Below, one piece after another: positions 25,293 through 36,479 of a DNA stretch of 64,000 bases. Every line of letters starts with the position of its first letter. The stretch's first letter is position 1. This stretch comes from Takakia lepidozioides (lineage: Eukaryota; Plantae; Bryophyta), in NCBI GenBank assembly GCA_030704615.1, contig CM060731.1, forward strand, positions 2,170,001-2,234,000. Reading direction: 5' to 3'. Made by a program: the position numbers and the translations under genes. The notes under the pieces are model-generated. The model worked only from the letters and a program-made list of their open reading frames with translations, did no database searches and was not told where the DNA came from.

Positions 25293-26050
25293 GCTACCTC
25301 GGAAATCTGAAGGCACAGCTGAAATGCACAAAAAACAAACTGGTCAGCAGACGAGTCGATTGGCTCATTCATGAACTCACAGATGATTTGCTCACTCATT
25401 ACTGGTATATGTCCTATGTCAAAACATATGGCTTCATCCATAACAAACGACTCGAAAGCTTTGTCTGTAGCTCTATTTTGTTTGCCAAACAGATTCCCGA
25501 TTGCAATGTGAACCTTCCGCAGATAGAAGGGGGCACCGCAGCTTGTTCATCTCCCTTCTCCAACAAACTGCCCGGACTTGTGACCAACATTTTGCAGTAT
25601 TCATCGATTTGAACTGTGAAATGTATTTGGGATGAGGGGACTACGTATACGGTTCACAATCCACAGTCCAACTGGAGGTGTTGCGATTGTCGTCATGCCA
25701 GCAAAGGAAATATGTGTGCGCATCAGGTGAAGGTCTTGCAAATGATGCACCCCAACTTGGAAGATGGCACCATAGCAAAATACTGTGGAAGCCTTATTGG
25801 TAGCAGGAGAGGAGGCCTTCATAGCTTGTTTGCACCACCTGAATCACCCACAACAATGCGCTCCAAAGCGCCTCCCCTTCCTACCACACAGAACTCATCA
25901 CCATATTCGTCTCAGAAAAGTCCAGGACTGCCATTGCTGGGATTGATATCCACTGAGTTCGAGCGCGTTCTCAACATGACAAGACAGAGCACGGTTTTGC
26001 AAGAACACCTTCTTGCTATGGTTACAGCAGCCAAAGGGAAAATTTACGAT
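25293..26050 (+). pseudogene. MULE transposase C-terminal part with SWIM zinc finger (opposite strand to its N-terminal part)
   Basis: After an AG acceptor: YLGNLKAQL...RRVDWLIHEL; then YTV.......CCDC...KGNMCAHQVKV (CxC-n-CxH SWIM). Confidence 0.85.
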
Positions 26051-26052
26051 TG

Positions 26053-27200
26053 ACATCCATGGCTCCAAATCGATTGCCTTTGATCTTGCTGTGATGATGA
26101 ATGCAATTGGGATTCCATTCAACCACTGGTCGAGTACCATCATGGTGTATAGCGGGTACTACATAAACAACAGTCAATGTACAACAATTCAGGCAAATTT
26201 GAATGGAGAAAGTTGTGAGGACGACCTTTGTACGATGTGGGGATGCAGTATGGCAAGTACACCCTAAATCTGGCTTCAACGATTGTAATGAATTAAAAAG
26301 AGAGATCACACCTTCTTCTCATTGGTTCCGAAGGTGGCGTCGCAAGCAACAATTCTATAATGGCCAAATTTCAACATTTGATCTCGCTGCCACGCTGTTT
26401 GTATGCCAAGAACGAATGGAAGATCAAGCTTGATGTCACTGGATGTCCAAGCCTCGTGGTTCTTTTCTTCTTGGTAGTAGAAAACACTTGCCATATTTTC
26501 ATGCACCCACATGCCGACACTCTGTGCATCATTTGGGTATTTTTTGAATGTCTCTTCATCGCATAGCTTCGCAATATTCCGTAGTCTTGGGAGAGGAGAA
26601 AAGTGTCACGGCTGACGTCCAACCCTTGCTCCATCAACTCCTTCACTCGCATGGGAGCCATTGCACTTCGGTTCAACTGATATGAAGGTCCATGGCATAT
26701 CTCACCTCTTCCATTTACATGTTGTTTCTCATAATAAACTATCTCCGCCATAGCAGGGTCTAGGTAGCATTGTTTGACAACAAATCGGCACATGCATCCT
26801 CTTTTCATGCCTTCTCCTGTTTTGTTGTTTGTAGTCCTTACTTGTTACGATTTTTGTCCTATGGATTCCGGCCCCACTCTAGGCTTCATCCCCCTTTTCT
26901 TGGCTGGATTTGCACGCCATTTCTTGGCACGCATAGCATAGATGTTACCTCCACAGTGTTTTGGGTATTGTCTTGTGGGCCATCGGCGTAGTGATACCTA
27001 CGCCAAAAACATGAGTGGCATTTTAGAATAGCTCTTATTATAAGCATCAGTGCATGGCTAGTGGGATTGGACACAACCTGTACAGTCTAAAGCATTCATT
27101 TCGTTTTCATGAATCCTGGCATGCTCAGCAGGAATTCATACCTTGTAATGTTCATGGCACTATTGATGCGTGGTGCCTGAAGACTCCCAGCAGGCGTGCC
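26053..27200 (-). pseudogene. MULE transposase N-terminal part (WRKY/FAR1-like finger and first catalytic Asp)
   Basis: KRGCMCRFVV...YYEKQHVN..G..CHG; FVLGIQTAWQ...VACDATFGTNEKK; MVLDQWLNGIPIAFII. Confidence 0.88.
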
Positions 27201-28411
27201 TTTTTGTCGATGACTTTGGAAGGTGCATGGGGCCTCCTTCAAGGAGGACTCACCAGCAATGACGTCAACCACCCGATTCCAAGGGATATATGCAATTTCA
27301 GCTGTTATCTGATGAGGTATCTGTCCATGCCATTGGGACCTCCATTATGGTGTGTGAAAGTACCTGTCTTTGGTGTTTGTAGCAGACTTTGCAATTTACA
27401 AAGAAGGTGGGGCAAAATTTTGCCATCTTCAACCACCTCAGCCATGCTTACACAAACAAGATCCTTCTGAGTTTGCTGGTGTCTTCTTTCGCTGCCCTAT
27501 CCTGCCACAAACGTCGCACTCTTTTATTCTGCTGGCAGATTCTGGCATGTATAGCTAGTATATTTATGCATCAGACAACAAATTGTACCCTATGCAAGCA
27601 CCAACTTCTTTATGTGGGCCAAACATGCACACAATTGCAATTTACAATGGAATGCTTCATGAACAACTGGTGCAAGATACAACAACAATTCGATTTAGAA
27701 TGTGAATGCAGAGTGCCAAGGTAGGGACGCGTTTCGAAAGCATGGAGAGAACGGAAATGCACGATGAGGGTAGCAAAACCCTCGATTGGGGTGGCAGTGT
27801 ATGTGACGACATGGCATATATCTGAACGTCCATTCATTTCCTCAGATTTGCCATTTGAAATTTGAATACATGTCAGAATGATTTTTGAAAGAGGGCATGA
27901 TGTGCTTGGGATAACCATGTATGCTTGGGATACCATGTACTATGGGAGATGGAGGACGATGCCATGCCCAGGATAGGAGGCGGGATGGGGATGCGGGTGA
28001 GGACATGTGTCATGTCCTGGCAGCGGGCACATGAGGCGCGGGGGTGTGCCGCGCGGTGTGCGGGCGACGGAGGCGGGGGTGGGCGGGGGGTCCTCACCGG
28101 CATGAACCCGCTCCCTCGCATTCAACTCCAGGCCCCATCTATTGCTTGGCGTACTTGTGTGGCTGGCTGTTACGCTGTATAATACGCAGATACAAACAAA
28201 GAGAAATCAGCCCTAGTTCTTTACGTTTGTGGTAGGGAAGGTACCAGGTGTCTGCAGCTCTGGTGTTAACCATTTTTATCACCGCAACACTAACACTAAG
28301 TGTGCACGGCCCTTAAGTGAAGTAAATAGCCGCATAGTAATAGTGCCTGTCCTGCGGTAACTAACATGCCACGAGGTCTACGATCGGGAGTCTGGGTGTG
28401 GACTGCCTCAA

Positions 28412-29146
28412 CACGAAGTAGGGTAGAAGCACTCTTCATGGCGCAGGAAAATGGGTAAATGTAATAACTTTTTGTGCTTTAAACCTATGAGATCAAGTAA
28501 TACCTTAACAGAAAGCTCTTAAGATAACACAACTTTTCTTAATTGAAAGTTAAACGAGATTCTGACTTTATCTGCTATTAAAAGTGGATAGAAGTAGAGG
28601 ATGTCAATGTCAGCCTATGGCGCACCTTGTTCCTATCATGACTCATTCATATCTCATTAATATCTTTTCTACCTGAGATGATAACCAAAAAAGAAAACCA
28701 CCATTGGAAAGCGCTTATTGTGGCCCATCTTTTTGTAGTTGGAGCAATTTTCATTAGAGGACATCTACCTATAGCAATTTAAGGGTAAAACAAGTGGGCC
28801 CATCATGGCGCACAAGATATATTGCTTGTTTGGTACCTTGGACTTTAACCATTTTAACCATTTTAGGAAATTAAGATACCATTGGAAAGCTCTTGATGAG
28901 CCCCAGCATTTTGTAGTTGGAACAATTTTCAGTAAAGTTCATCTACCTAGGATAATTTGAGTGTAAAGTGATTTCATGAATGGCGTATTGTAGTTCATTC
29001 CTCTTTGGGTAAGCTTGCTGGCCTATCATGGCGCACCCCACCCTGACACGTTCCAAAACTGGGCATATTTTCTTGCACCATGGGCGCACTTTGAGCGCCA
29101 CTATGGGGCACATGCGCCAGGATCAGTGCTTCTACCCTACCTCGTG
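28412..29146. mobile_element. Non-autonomous TIR element (MITE, 735 bp) with CACG...CGTG ends
   Basis: CACGAAGTAGGGTAGAAGCACT (28412) vs AGTGCTTCTACCCTACCTCGTG (ends 29146), 21/22 match, extendable to TGGCGCA. Flanked by AA on both sides. Internal TGGCGCA motifs and a direct repeat (about 28700 and 28878). Confidence 0.9.
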
Positions 29147-29674
29147 AAAGTAATCTGCCAAACATTGCACTGGTGCTGAGAGAGAGAATGTGGCTCGTAT
29201 GACATTAAATTGATGACTATGAGAATACGTGGCTACATGGCAAACTCATTTGGATTGCATACGCATAAAGCAGTGTGTTAAGTGAGCTAAACGAGTCCCT
29301 CGTGCAGGCAGCTTCAAATGTACCTTTCTCTGTTTGAAACGTTCCGGTTAAGATCTAAGTTGGGCCACTCAATGTAATTTGTATAGATCCCTTCTTGCAA
29401 ACATCAGATATGGTATTACTGTAGCCGGGTATTTCTAGAAGTTAATCAGTACATATTGGAACATTGCATTTGGACCTCAAGGCTAGCTGGAACAAACTTG
29501 GGATCCTATGCTCAGGACTGATCACCTGATCCAGGCGTGATTCTTAGAGTTAAAACTAGTTCTGATTTATTCAACTTTAATCCCAGCGGTTTTTAGACTT
29601 TTAATCCAAGTGATTTCAATTTGGTAGCAGAGCGGTACACTAAACCAAGACACTTCAATATTCTGTAGCAGTTG

Positions 29675-32600
29675 TCAAAGAAGACCCTTCTCTTTGAATG
29701 AGGCGATGCAGTCGTCAAACATCACCTCAAGGGGCTTGAATTTGAAGTCAAGATGCTCCAGCTTGGCGGTGTTGAGGGTGTAGTATGGCATTGATGGTAT
29801 GTTTTCCAACCTGTAGAATGCACAGAAATGAAGCCTTCCGAGGATGTAAAATTCATGGGAGCCCTACAGGTTACTGAGTCGGAACCTTCTAAACAGGGAT
29901 CAGGGCCAGGCAGCTTTTGACTGCATAGGGGCCCAGTGATTCTAAACTGTTTTAGCTCATCCGTATTATCACATGATATGAAAAGATAAGAAAGCTCCTT
30001 TCACTTTTTGGCTGCATTTCCCATGATGATCACATGTGCAACCCAGAATGCAAAAACATACGGAACGTAAATTCAACTTAGTAGACACAAGTAGATGTTT
30101 ATCTACAGGCTTGTATTTGGTTAGTTAAGATACATGTACGTACGAGACTTAACCTAAAGTGGTCCACGTTGCATGAAGATGGTTTGGGCTAACTGGGCAG
30201 AAATGTACTTGGTTGGAATGGGGAAGGAGGGATAGCGAGAGGCCAGAAGATTGCACAGCTCTTTTGGTCCCATCTCCGTTGCAGAACAGATGTAGCGCCC
30301 ACTGGCAGATTGATCTTCAAATACCAAAATGTGAGCGCGCGCCACGTCGTCGACATGCACGTACCCCATTCGCCCATGCAGCGCGAAATTGGCGTCCCCT
30401 GCTCTTTCCAACTTCTATGTCAATGTGAGCTGGAATATGTTTCGAGCAAGGGGCCGGGCCATTACTCTCAACACCTGGTTACTCGACGTAATTTTAACAT
30501 TGTGATCTATTGACGAACTGCGTTCTCATACATCAGAACTGTCATAATAAATCTACCAGGGGTTTCCTTGGCAGAATGTCAATTTAACTCAAAACATAAA
30601 CATGCAGGCTCCCAAGCTGGAATAATTCCCTTGAGTTCTTGAGATAATTTGAAGGGCGGTCTGGAAGATATCTGCATGCATATAAGATCTTCTATTGCAT
30701 CGTCCAATCCCAGGTGGCAGTCGTGTGCGCTTAAGTCACACAGTCCATGCAACGTACTCAGAATGGGTCATAGACCTTACCTCTCAGAAGATTAAGGATG
30801 TCCATAGCAGTCTTAGAGATGTCAGACGGAAGCACAGGGCCGACGACGAAGCTGGGGAGCACCACCACTAAATCGAGTTGATGCCGTGCTGCGAATTTCC
30901 AAGCTTCTTTCTCCGCCAGTGTCTTGGCAACGGAATACCACATCTGTTGTGCCATTTGTTCCAATCAAATTATCTAGTCATTCCTTGATGTTTCGTAGAA
31001 ACTTAGCCTATGGGCCCCATGGCGACTACCGGTGCCCACAATCCCAAGCTACTCATCTCTATTTATATAACGTGATCATTTGCTCTCAGAAAGACAGGAG
31101 ATAACATGTCATTTTATGACTTAACTTATACTGGGTACAGAAGTGCACACTGCTCCAAGCGAACTCGTCCAATGGGATGTCAGAGCTGTACTCTCTATTG
31201 AAGCGAACAGCTGCAGATGAAGATGTCATTACAACACGCTTGATGCAGGACGTCTTGGAGCATGATTTCAGCACGTTGAGAGTTCCGAGAACGGCTGGGT
31301 CGATCATTTCAGCCTGATCAATTGCAGACACAGACTAATGTTAAGCATGGCTAGGGCATGAACGGATTAGTACAACCATCAAGTAATGGGAAATCGGTAA
31401 TAAGTGGTGCAGCGTCGAAAGCGTTATTTTTTTTTTTTCCCACACTACAAGGAGAAGGGAGAGATTTATTCACCGGAATTAACCCTCCGAAAGAAAGTAA
31501 TGGGCTAGGAAATGCCATTACAGATTGTTCGAGGCCGAACCGTCAACCTTTTGTTACTGGACACCTACTCCTATTGGCAGCATGATCCATCAAGTGAGCC
31601 TGATTAGCACTAGTAGCGCTCGTTCTTCTCAAGTTCTCCACGAATCAAATCTGAAAGCCACCAAAATTATACCTTAGGATCAGATTTTACTAAGACTATA
31701 GGTGTTGCAGTGTGGAAAACACCCTGACAGCCACTGACGGCGGCATCAAAGCTGCCCTCAGTGAGCAAGTCGGCTTTCACGAGCTCCAGGCGCTCCATGG
31801 CTCCAGGCAGTGCCCACAAGTGGGCTGTCTTTTGCACATTGCCTGCATGGCTCCTCCATGGCCCACGACATCAGAAACATAATTTGAATATAGTCTGGTA
31901 TAATTTGCAAGCTTTAATAAGCCTCTATCTGGTCTGGAGCAAAATTCTGTTTCTAAAACTAAGCCTTTGAAAAAATGGATCCATAGTGACCGAAATCTAG
32001 CACTCAGGACCAGTATCCCGGGTGCAAGATGCGACGTAAAAATGTCTTCGTTTGCAACATATCGAGATCATATCTAGTACATAAGTGCACAATCTTGATG
32101 TACTAAGTCACGGTATGCCCGCTTGAACCCGATACAGCAATGAAGAAATCCCTAAATTATTATTATTAATTTTCAAGTCTCTCGTAATGGTTCTCGGTGC
32201 ACCAAATTTACTACATGGATTCCTGAAACGCAAATGTACTGGAGCCCAAAAGCATCTTCAAAAGAGGCTGCTGGCTCTCATCTCTGTGTATACATGTTAT
32301 ATATCTAAAGGTCATTGGAAGCATTATATTGCAACTCGTTCAAAACCACTGTGACCGGATCAAAGCCAGAAATTTATAGTTAGAGGCTCATGCCCCTTGC
32401 GAGTACTGGCCCTTTGGAGGATACACATATATTGATCATAATATAAGCTCGAGAAACCAATGTAGAGAAGAGCCTAAGTTCCCCGCATACTGGCTATCCA
32501 TAGTGTTTATATCTTACGTTGAGAAAAGAGAAAATGGAGAAAACAACAGTGAGAAACAAGTGTACCGGGATCGCGTACAGTCCCACGGACACGGTAGCCT

Positions 32601-32704
32601 TCAGCGAGTAAGCACTTCACCAGCCAGGACGCCACGAATCCGGTAGCCCCCGTCACACACACAGTTCCTTTACACTTCGCAGGAGTGTCACCCAAGGACC
32701 CCAT
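29675..32704 (-). CDS. TKPR1: Tetraketide alpha-pyrone reductase 1-like (DFR/CCR-type SDR, sporopollenin pathway), 6 exons, 328 aa if spliced
   Basis: Exons 32704-32566, 31842-31673, 31313-31125, 30943-30781, 30398-30209 and 29810-29675 (987 nt). [21 protein letters not shown] motif, [22 protein letters not shown] (YxxxK), [24 protein letters not shown]. Intron 3 donor reads TT, not GT. Confidence 0.88.
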
Positions 32705-33204
32705 GTCTCAGAAATGTTCCGATCTACAGCAGTTTCAAAGAGAATTTAGAGGGATCATCACCTATAGATCTGGACAGGAATATTGTTGTGAGCTCACACT
32801 CAGGTCTGCCTTCCTCTTCTTCTCTTCTTGAGTAACCGCAAAATATAGAGATGAGAACTCAGAATCGGGAGCTATGAAATGATGTAAGGTTGAAAGAACA
32901 AGATGGAACGAAAGGGACAAGATGGAGGGTAGCTCAGTGAACTCCAATTTGATACTGATGCAGCTCCTTCTTCTCCTCCTCTTAGAGTGGCAGATTGATG
33001 ATCACAGGTGCGAGAGAGGTGCAGTGCGAGGAGAGTGTGTGAGGGGGGCTCGGCGGCGGCTGCTTTTACCTGCCATAGGCGGTTGGCCATGCGGAACGGC
33101 TCGGCGGTACCTGCGCGTCGCGGTGACCTACTCCTTTGTGACCGGCCACCGGAACCAGCAGGTCGTCTCCTTCCTTCCTTCATAATTACTAGGGTAGCCT
33201 GTGC

Positions 33205-33615
33205 CGTTGGCCCAAGCGTCAAGTGTCATCTTAAGCCCAAGTGCAATCTCCTTTGTATCCGAGCTTCTCTTATGTCGAGGCCCACCCCTAGGGTAGTTTG
33301 TGTGGTTAGCCCATGAATTGAAATCTAAGACCAAGTGTAATTTCCTATGTATCCTAGTGCGTCTCCTATGTCGAGGCCCATCTAAGCCCAAGTGCAATCT
33401 TCTATGTATCCAAGTGCATCTTCCATGTAGAGGCCCAAGTGTCCACTGTCATCTAAGCCCAAGTGCAATCTCTTATGTATCCAAGTGTGTCTCCTATGTA
33501 TCCAAAAGCATCTCCTATGTGCGTCTCCCATGTCGAGGCCCATCTAAGCCCAACCCATCTAAGCCTAGCGTGCAATCTCCTATGTAAGCAAGTACGTCTC
33601 CCATGTCAAGGCCCG
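33205..33615. repeat. Degenerate tandem repeat (GCCCAAGTGCAATCTCCTATGTATCCAAGTGCGTCTCCTATGTCGAGGCCCATCTAA-like), probably part of a small TE upstream of TKPR1
   Basis: Repeated gcccaagtgcaatct, ctcctatgt and tgtcgaggccca blocks. Confidence 0.8.
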
Positions 33616-33711
33616 ATTAATTTTTTTTCATGAATTTATTGAGTAGTAATATATCCAAGTTGGCCCAAGTGTCCAACGTCATCTAATTCCAAATGCATTT
33701 TTTTTCCACAG

Positions 33712-33790
33712 AGCCTACGACCAGATTTGAACCGGAGACCTTTCTTTTCATATCTCTTCTTTTGAGGCTCCAACCATTGTCCATGAATGC
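33712..33790 (-). other. tRNA-derived relic (B box and T arm)
   Basis: Minus strand CCGG-TTCAAAT-CTGG T arm, preceded by TGGACAATGGTTGG at A-box distance. Confidence 0.4.
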
Positions 33791-34354
33791 CCATTTCGTA
33801 TTTTTTTGTGAATTTCCAGCGACCAAAAGTACTTGGAATTCCACATCTCCCACATTGTAGGTCCAAAAATTATGAGACCAAGCCCGTGCACCCCTCCTCG
33901 TCGAGGGCGTTCCAACGACACCAAGCACCAGGGCTGGCCCCGCGGTTTGGGAGATCTCAAAACAAAACAAAACAAACATCTTGCTTCATATATTGATTAG
34001 CGCCCTCAGATCCTATAGGAAGACAATTCTAGCGATGACCGAAGGTCGAGAGCTAGTTTAGCATGGAGCGTGAATAGGGTGCCATAGTTCCATGTCATCG
34101 TCGCCACGTCGGCGTCGACAGCCACGTCATCGTCATTTTTGTGTGTCGGTTGTAACGGAAGTTCGTAGAGACGGCGAGTTTCAAAGACTCGAGTGAAATT
34201 CTTATACTGGTTGAGCTCCTTGTCTTTGCTTTGTAGATGCGAATGGACTGAATCATGATACCACGGATGTGAGAGAGGGGTGAGTGTATGTGACAAAACA
34301 AAAGGGAACAAAAATTACTACAAAAAGCCTTCACACAAGAAAGGCTATCTAAGA

Positions 34355-36430
34355 GGGCCGGATTTCAAGCTCAAGATTACCTATGATTCCCTGTGGATCC
34401 ATAACTGCAAGAAACCTGCATGGGTAGATGGTCAACTGGAAGCGCAGCAGTAGCACAATTGATAAAATCAGGCACTGCTAATGAAGGTACCTTCTTCAAC
34501 ACATTTCATCATTTTTCCCCCTCTTATCAGAATCGGCCCTAAAATTCCATGTTGAATTCTGCAAATTAGCTGGTTGAATGAATCTTTGATAGTTTGGAGT
34601 GACTTTGACATGATACTGCCAACATGACAACAGGAAAGTATCCAAAAACACGTAATAGAGATGAGGAGTAGCTGTGGAATGAATACTTTTCTTACCCCAG
34701 TCAATGGTGGGACAACCAAGGCAAAAAGGTTAATGCCTGTTAGATTATAGAGAATAGCAGACGCAATTCAGCATAAGAACTAGTGTGATAAGCTAAATTG
34801 GGTGTTTCCTAGAACAAATATAGGCTGTGATTATCAGCTGCAAGGCAAGGAAGTATGCATGATTTGTGCAGAAGCAGTGATAGCTGAAGGAGCAGGGATA
34901 GAGTGTGGGTCCAGATTCATCCAAGAGGGCCAGATTTCAAGCACAAGATTACCTATGATTCCCTGTGGATCTATAGTTACAAGAAACCTGCATGGGTAGA
35001 TGGTCAATTAAAAGCAGCTGCTGCAGCGGCACAGTTGATAAAATCAGGCACCTCAACCATGACCACAACTTCTGAAACAGGATGAAGAGAGGGGTCCACA
35101 ATGCCTCTTCTGGCACTTCTGGGCATGTGAAGATGCTTTGTGAGGCAGGCAGACTAAAAGAGGCTCTACAGACTTTAAACCAATGAGGCATTTCAGCAGA
35201 TTCAGATACGTTTGTCTGTCTCTTGATTAAGTGCATCAAGATGAAAGGTCTGGAAGCTGGAAAGCAGGTGCACACTCACATTATCCAAAGTGGATTCACG
35301 CCAAGTGTTTTTTTCCTCAACACCCTTGTCAACAAATATGTGTTAAGTGCGGGAGCATCATGGATGCTCACCAAGTGCTCAACCGAATGCCTCAACGATC
35401 GATCTTTGATCACGTGGAATATAATGTTGGCAGGATTTACCAAGCATGGGTGTGGTAGGAATGCTTTGGAGACCTATGTGCAAATGCTGCATAAAGGGGT
35501 GAAGCCCAACCACATCACATTTGTTTGTGTTTGCAATGCGTGTGCAAGCCTGGGAGCTCTGGAAAACTAGGGGAAAGAGGCCCATGGTGACATCGTCAAA
35601 GCTGGAATTGTACCAGATGTCATTATGAACACTGCGCCCTGGTGGACATGTATGCCAAATGTGGGTGCATTGAGGATGCGAAGGGAGTTTTCAACACTAT
35701 GGCTGAACGAGATGTGGTGTCGTGGCAAGGTATGCATAGCAGGGACGTGGGATGGTGGCTTTGGAGACCTATGATCAAATGATGGGGGAATGGGTGAAGC
35801 CCAACCCCATCACGTTTGTGTGCATTTGCAATGCATATGCAAGCCTGGCAGCCCTGGAAAAGGGCTAAGAGGTGCATGGTTACATCGCGAAAGCTGGAAT
35901 TATTGTTCCAGATGTGATTCTGAACAATACCCTCGTGGACATGTATGCCAAATGTAGGAGGTATTTCAGCAGATTCAGATAGGTTTGTCTGTCTCTTACT
36001 TAAGTGCATCAAGATGAAAGGTCTGTAAGGTGCAATTGGGGTGTTTGCTAGATAAATTATGGTTTGTCATCGTAGCTCTTAGCTGCAAGGTGGAGATTTT
36101 GTTTTTGCCAAGGTAGGGATAACTGGAGGTGGTGATGGAGTTGTGGGTCCAGGTCCATCCGAGAGGGCCAGATCTCAAGCACAAGAGTACCAATGAGCTG
36201 CCGTGGATTGATAGCTGCAAGAAATCTGCTTCACCATGACAACCACTTCCAAAAGGGGACCAAGAGAGGGAGTCTAGAAGATGTCTTCTTGTGCTTCTGG
36301 GCAAAGGACACCAGGTGAGGCAGGACAACTGAAAGAGGCTCTGCAAACTTTGAACCAAGGAGGTATTTCAGCACATTCAGATACTTCTGTCTGTCTCCTG
36401 CATAAGTGCATCAAGATGAAAGACCTAACA
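34355..36430 (+). pseudogene. Tandem PLS-class PPR pseudogene cluster (three gene starts, several broken repeats)
   Basis: EAGRLKEALQTL, GKQVHTHIIQSG, TWNIMLAGFTKHG, GVKPNHITFVCVCNACASLGALE, LVDMYAKCGCIEDA...RDVVSW. The 5' block is repeated near 34355, 34925 and 36165. Many stops and frameshifts. Confidence 0.9.
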
Positions 36431-36479
36431 GTTGCAATGTCTTGCTGCAAGGGAATGCACGAGAGTTGCATCAACCCAA

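Larger units (their letters stand above)
18299..28277. mobile_element. Mutator-like element 1 (about 10 kb) carrying a ParB-like/methyltransferase gene and a rearranged SWIM transposase
   Basis: Internal MULE transposase pieces. Candidate degenerate TIR AAAAAGCACTAACGCCAGAG (18299) vs CTCTGGTGTTAACCATTTTT (28258-28277), 15/20 match. Ends tentative; no TSD seen. Confidence 0.6.
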
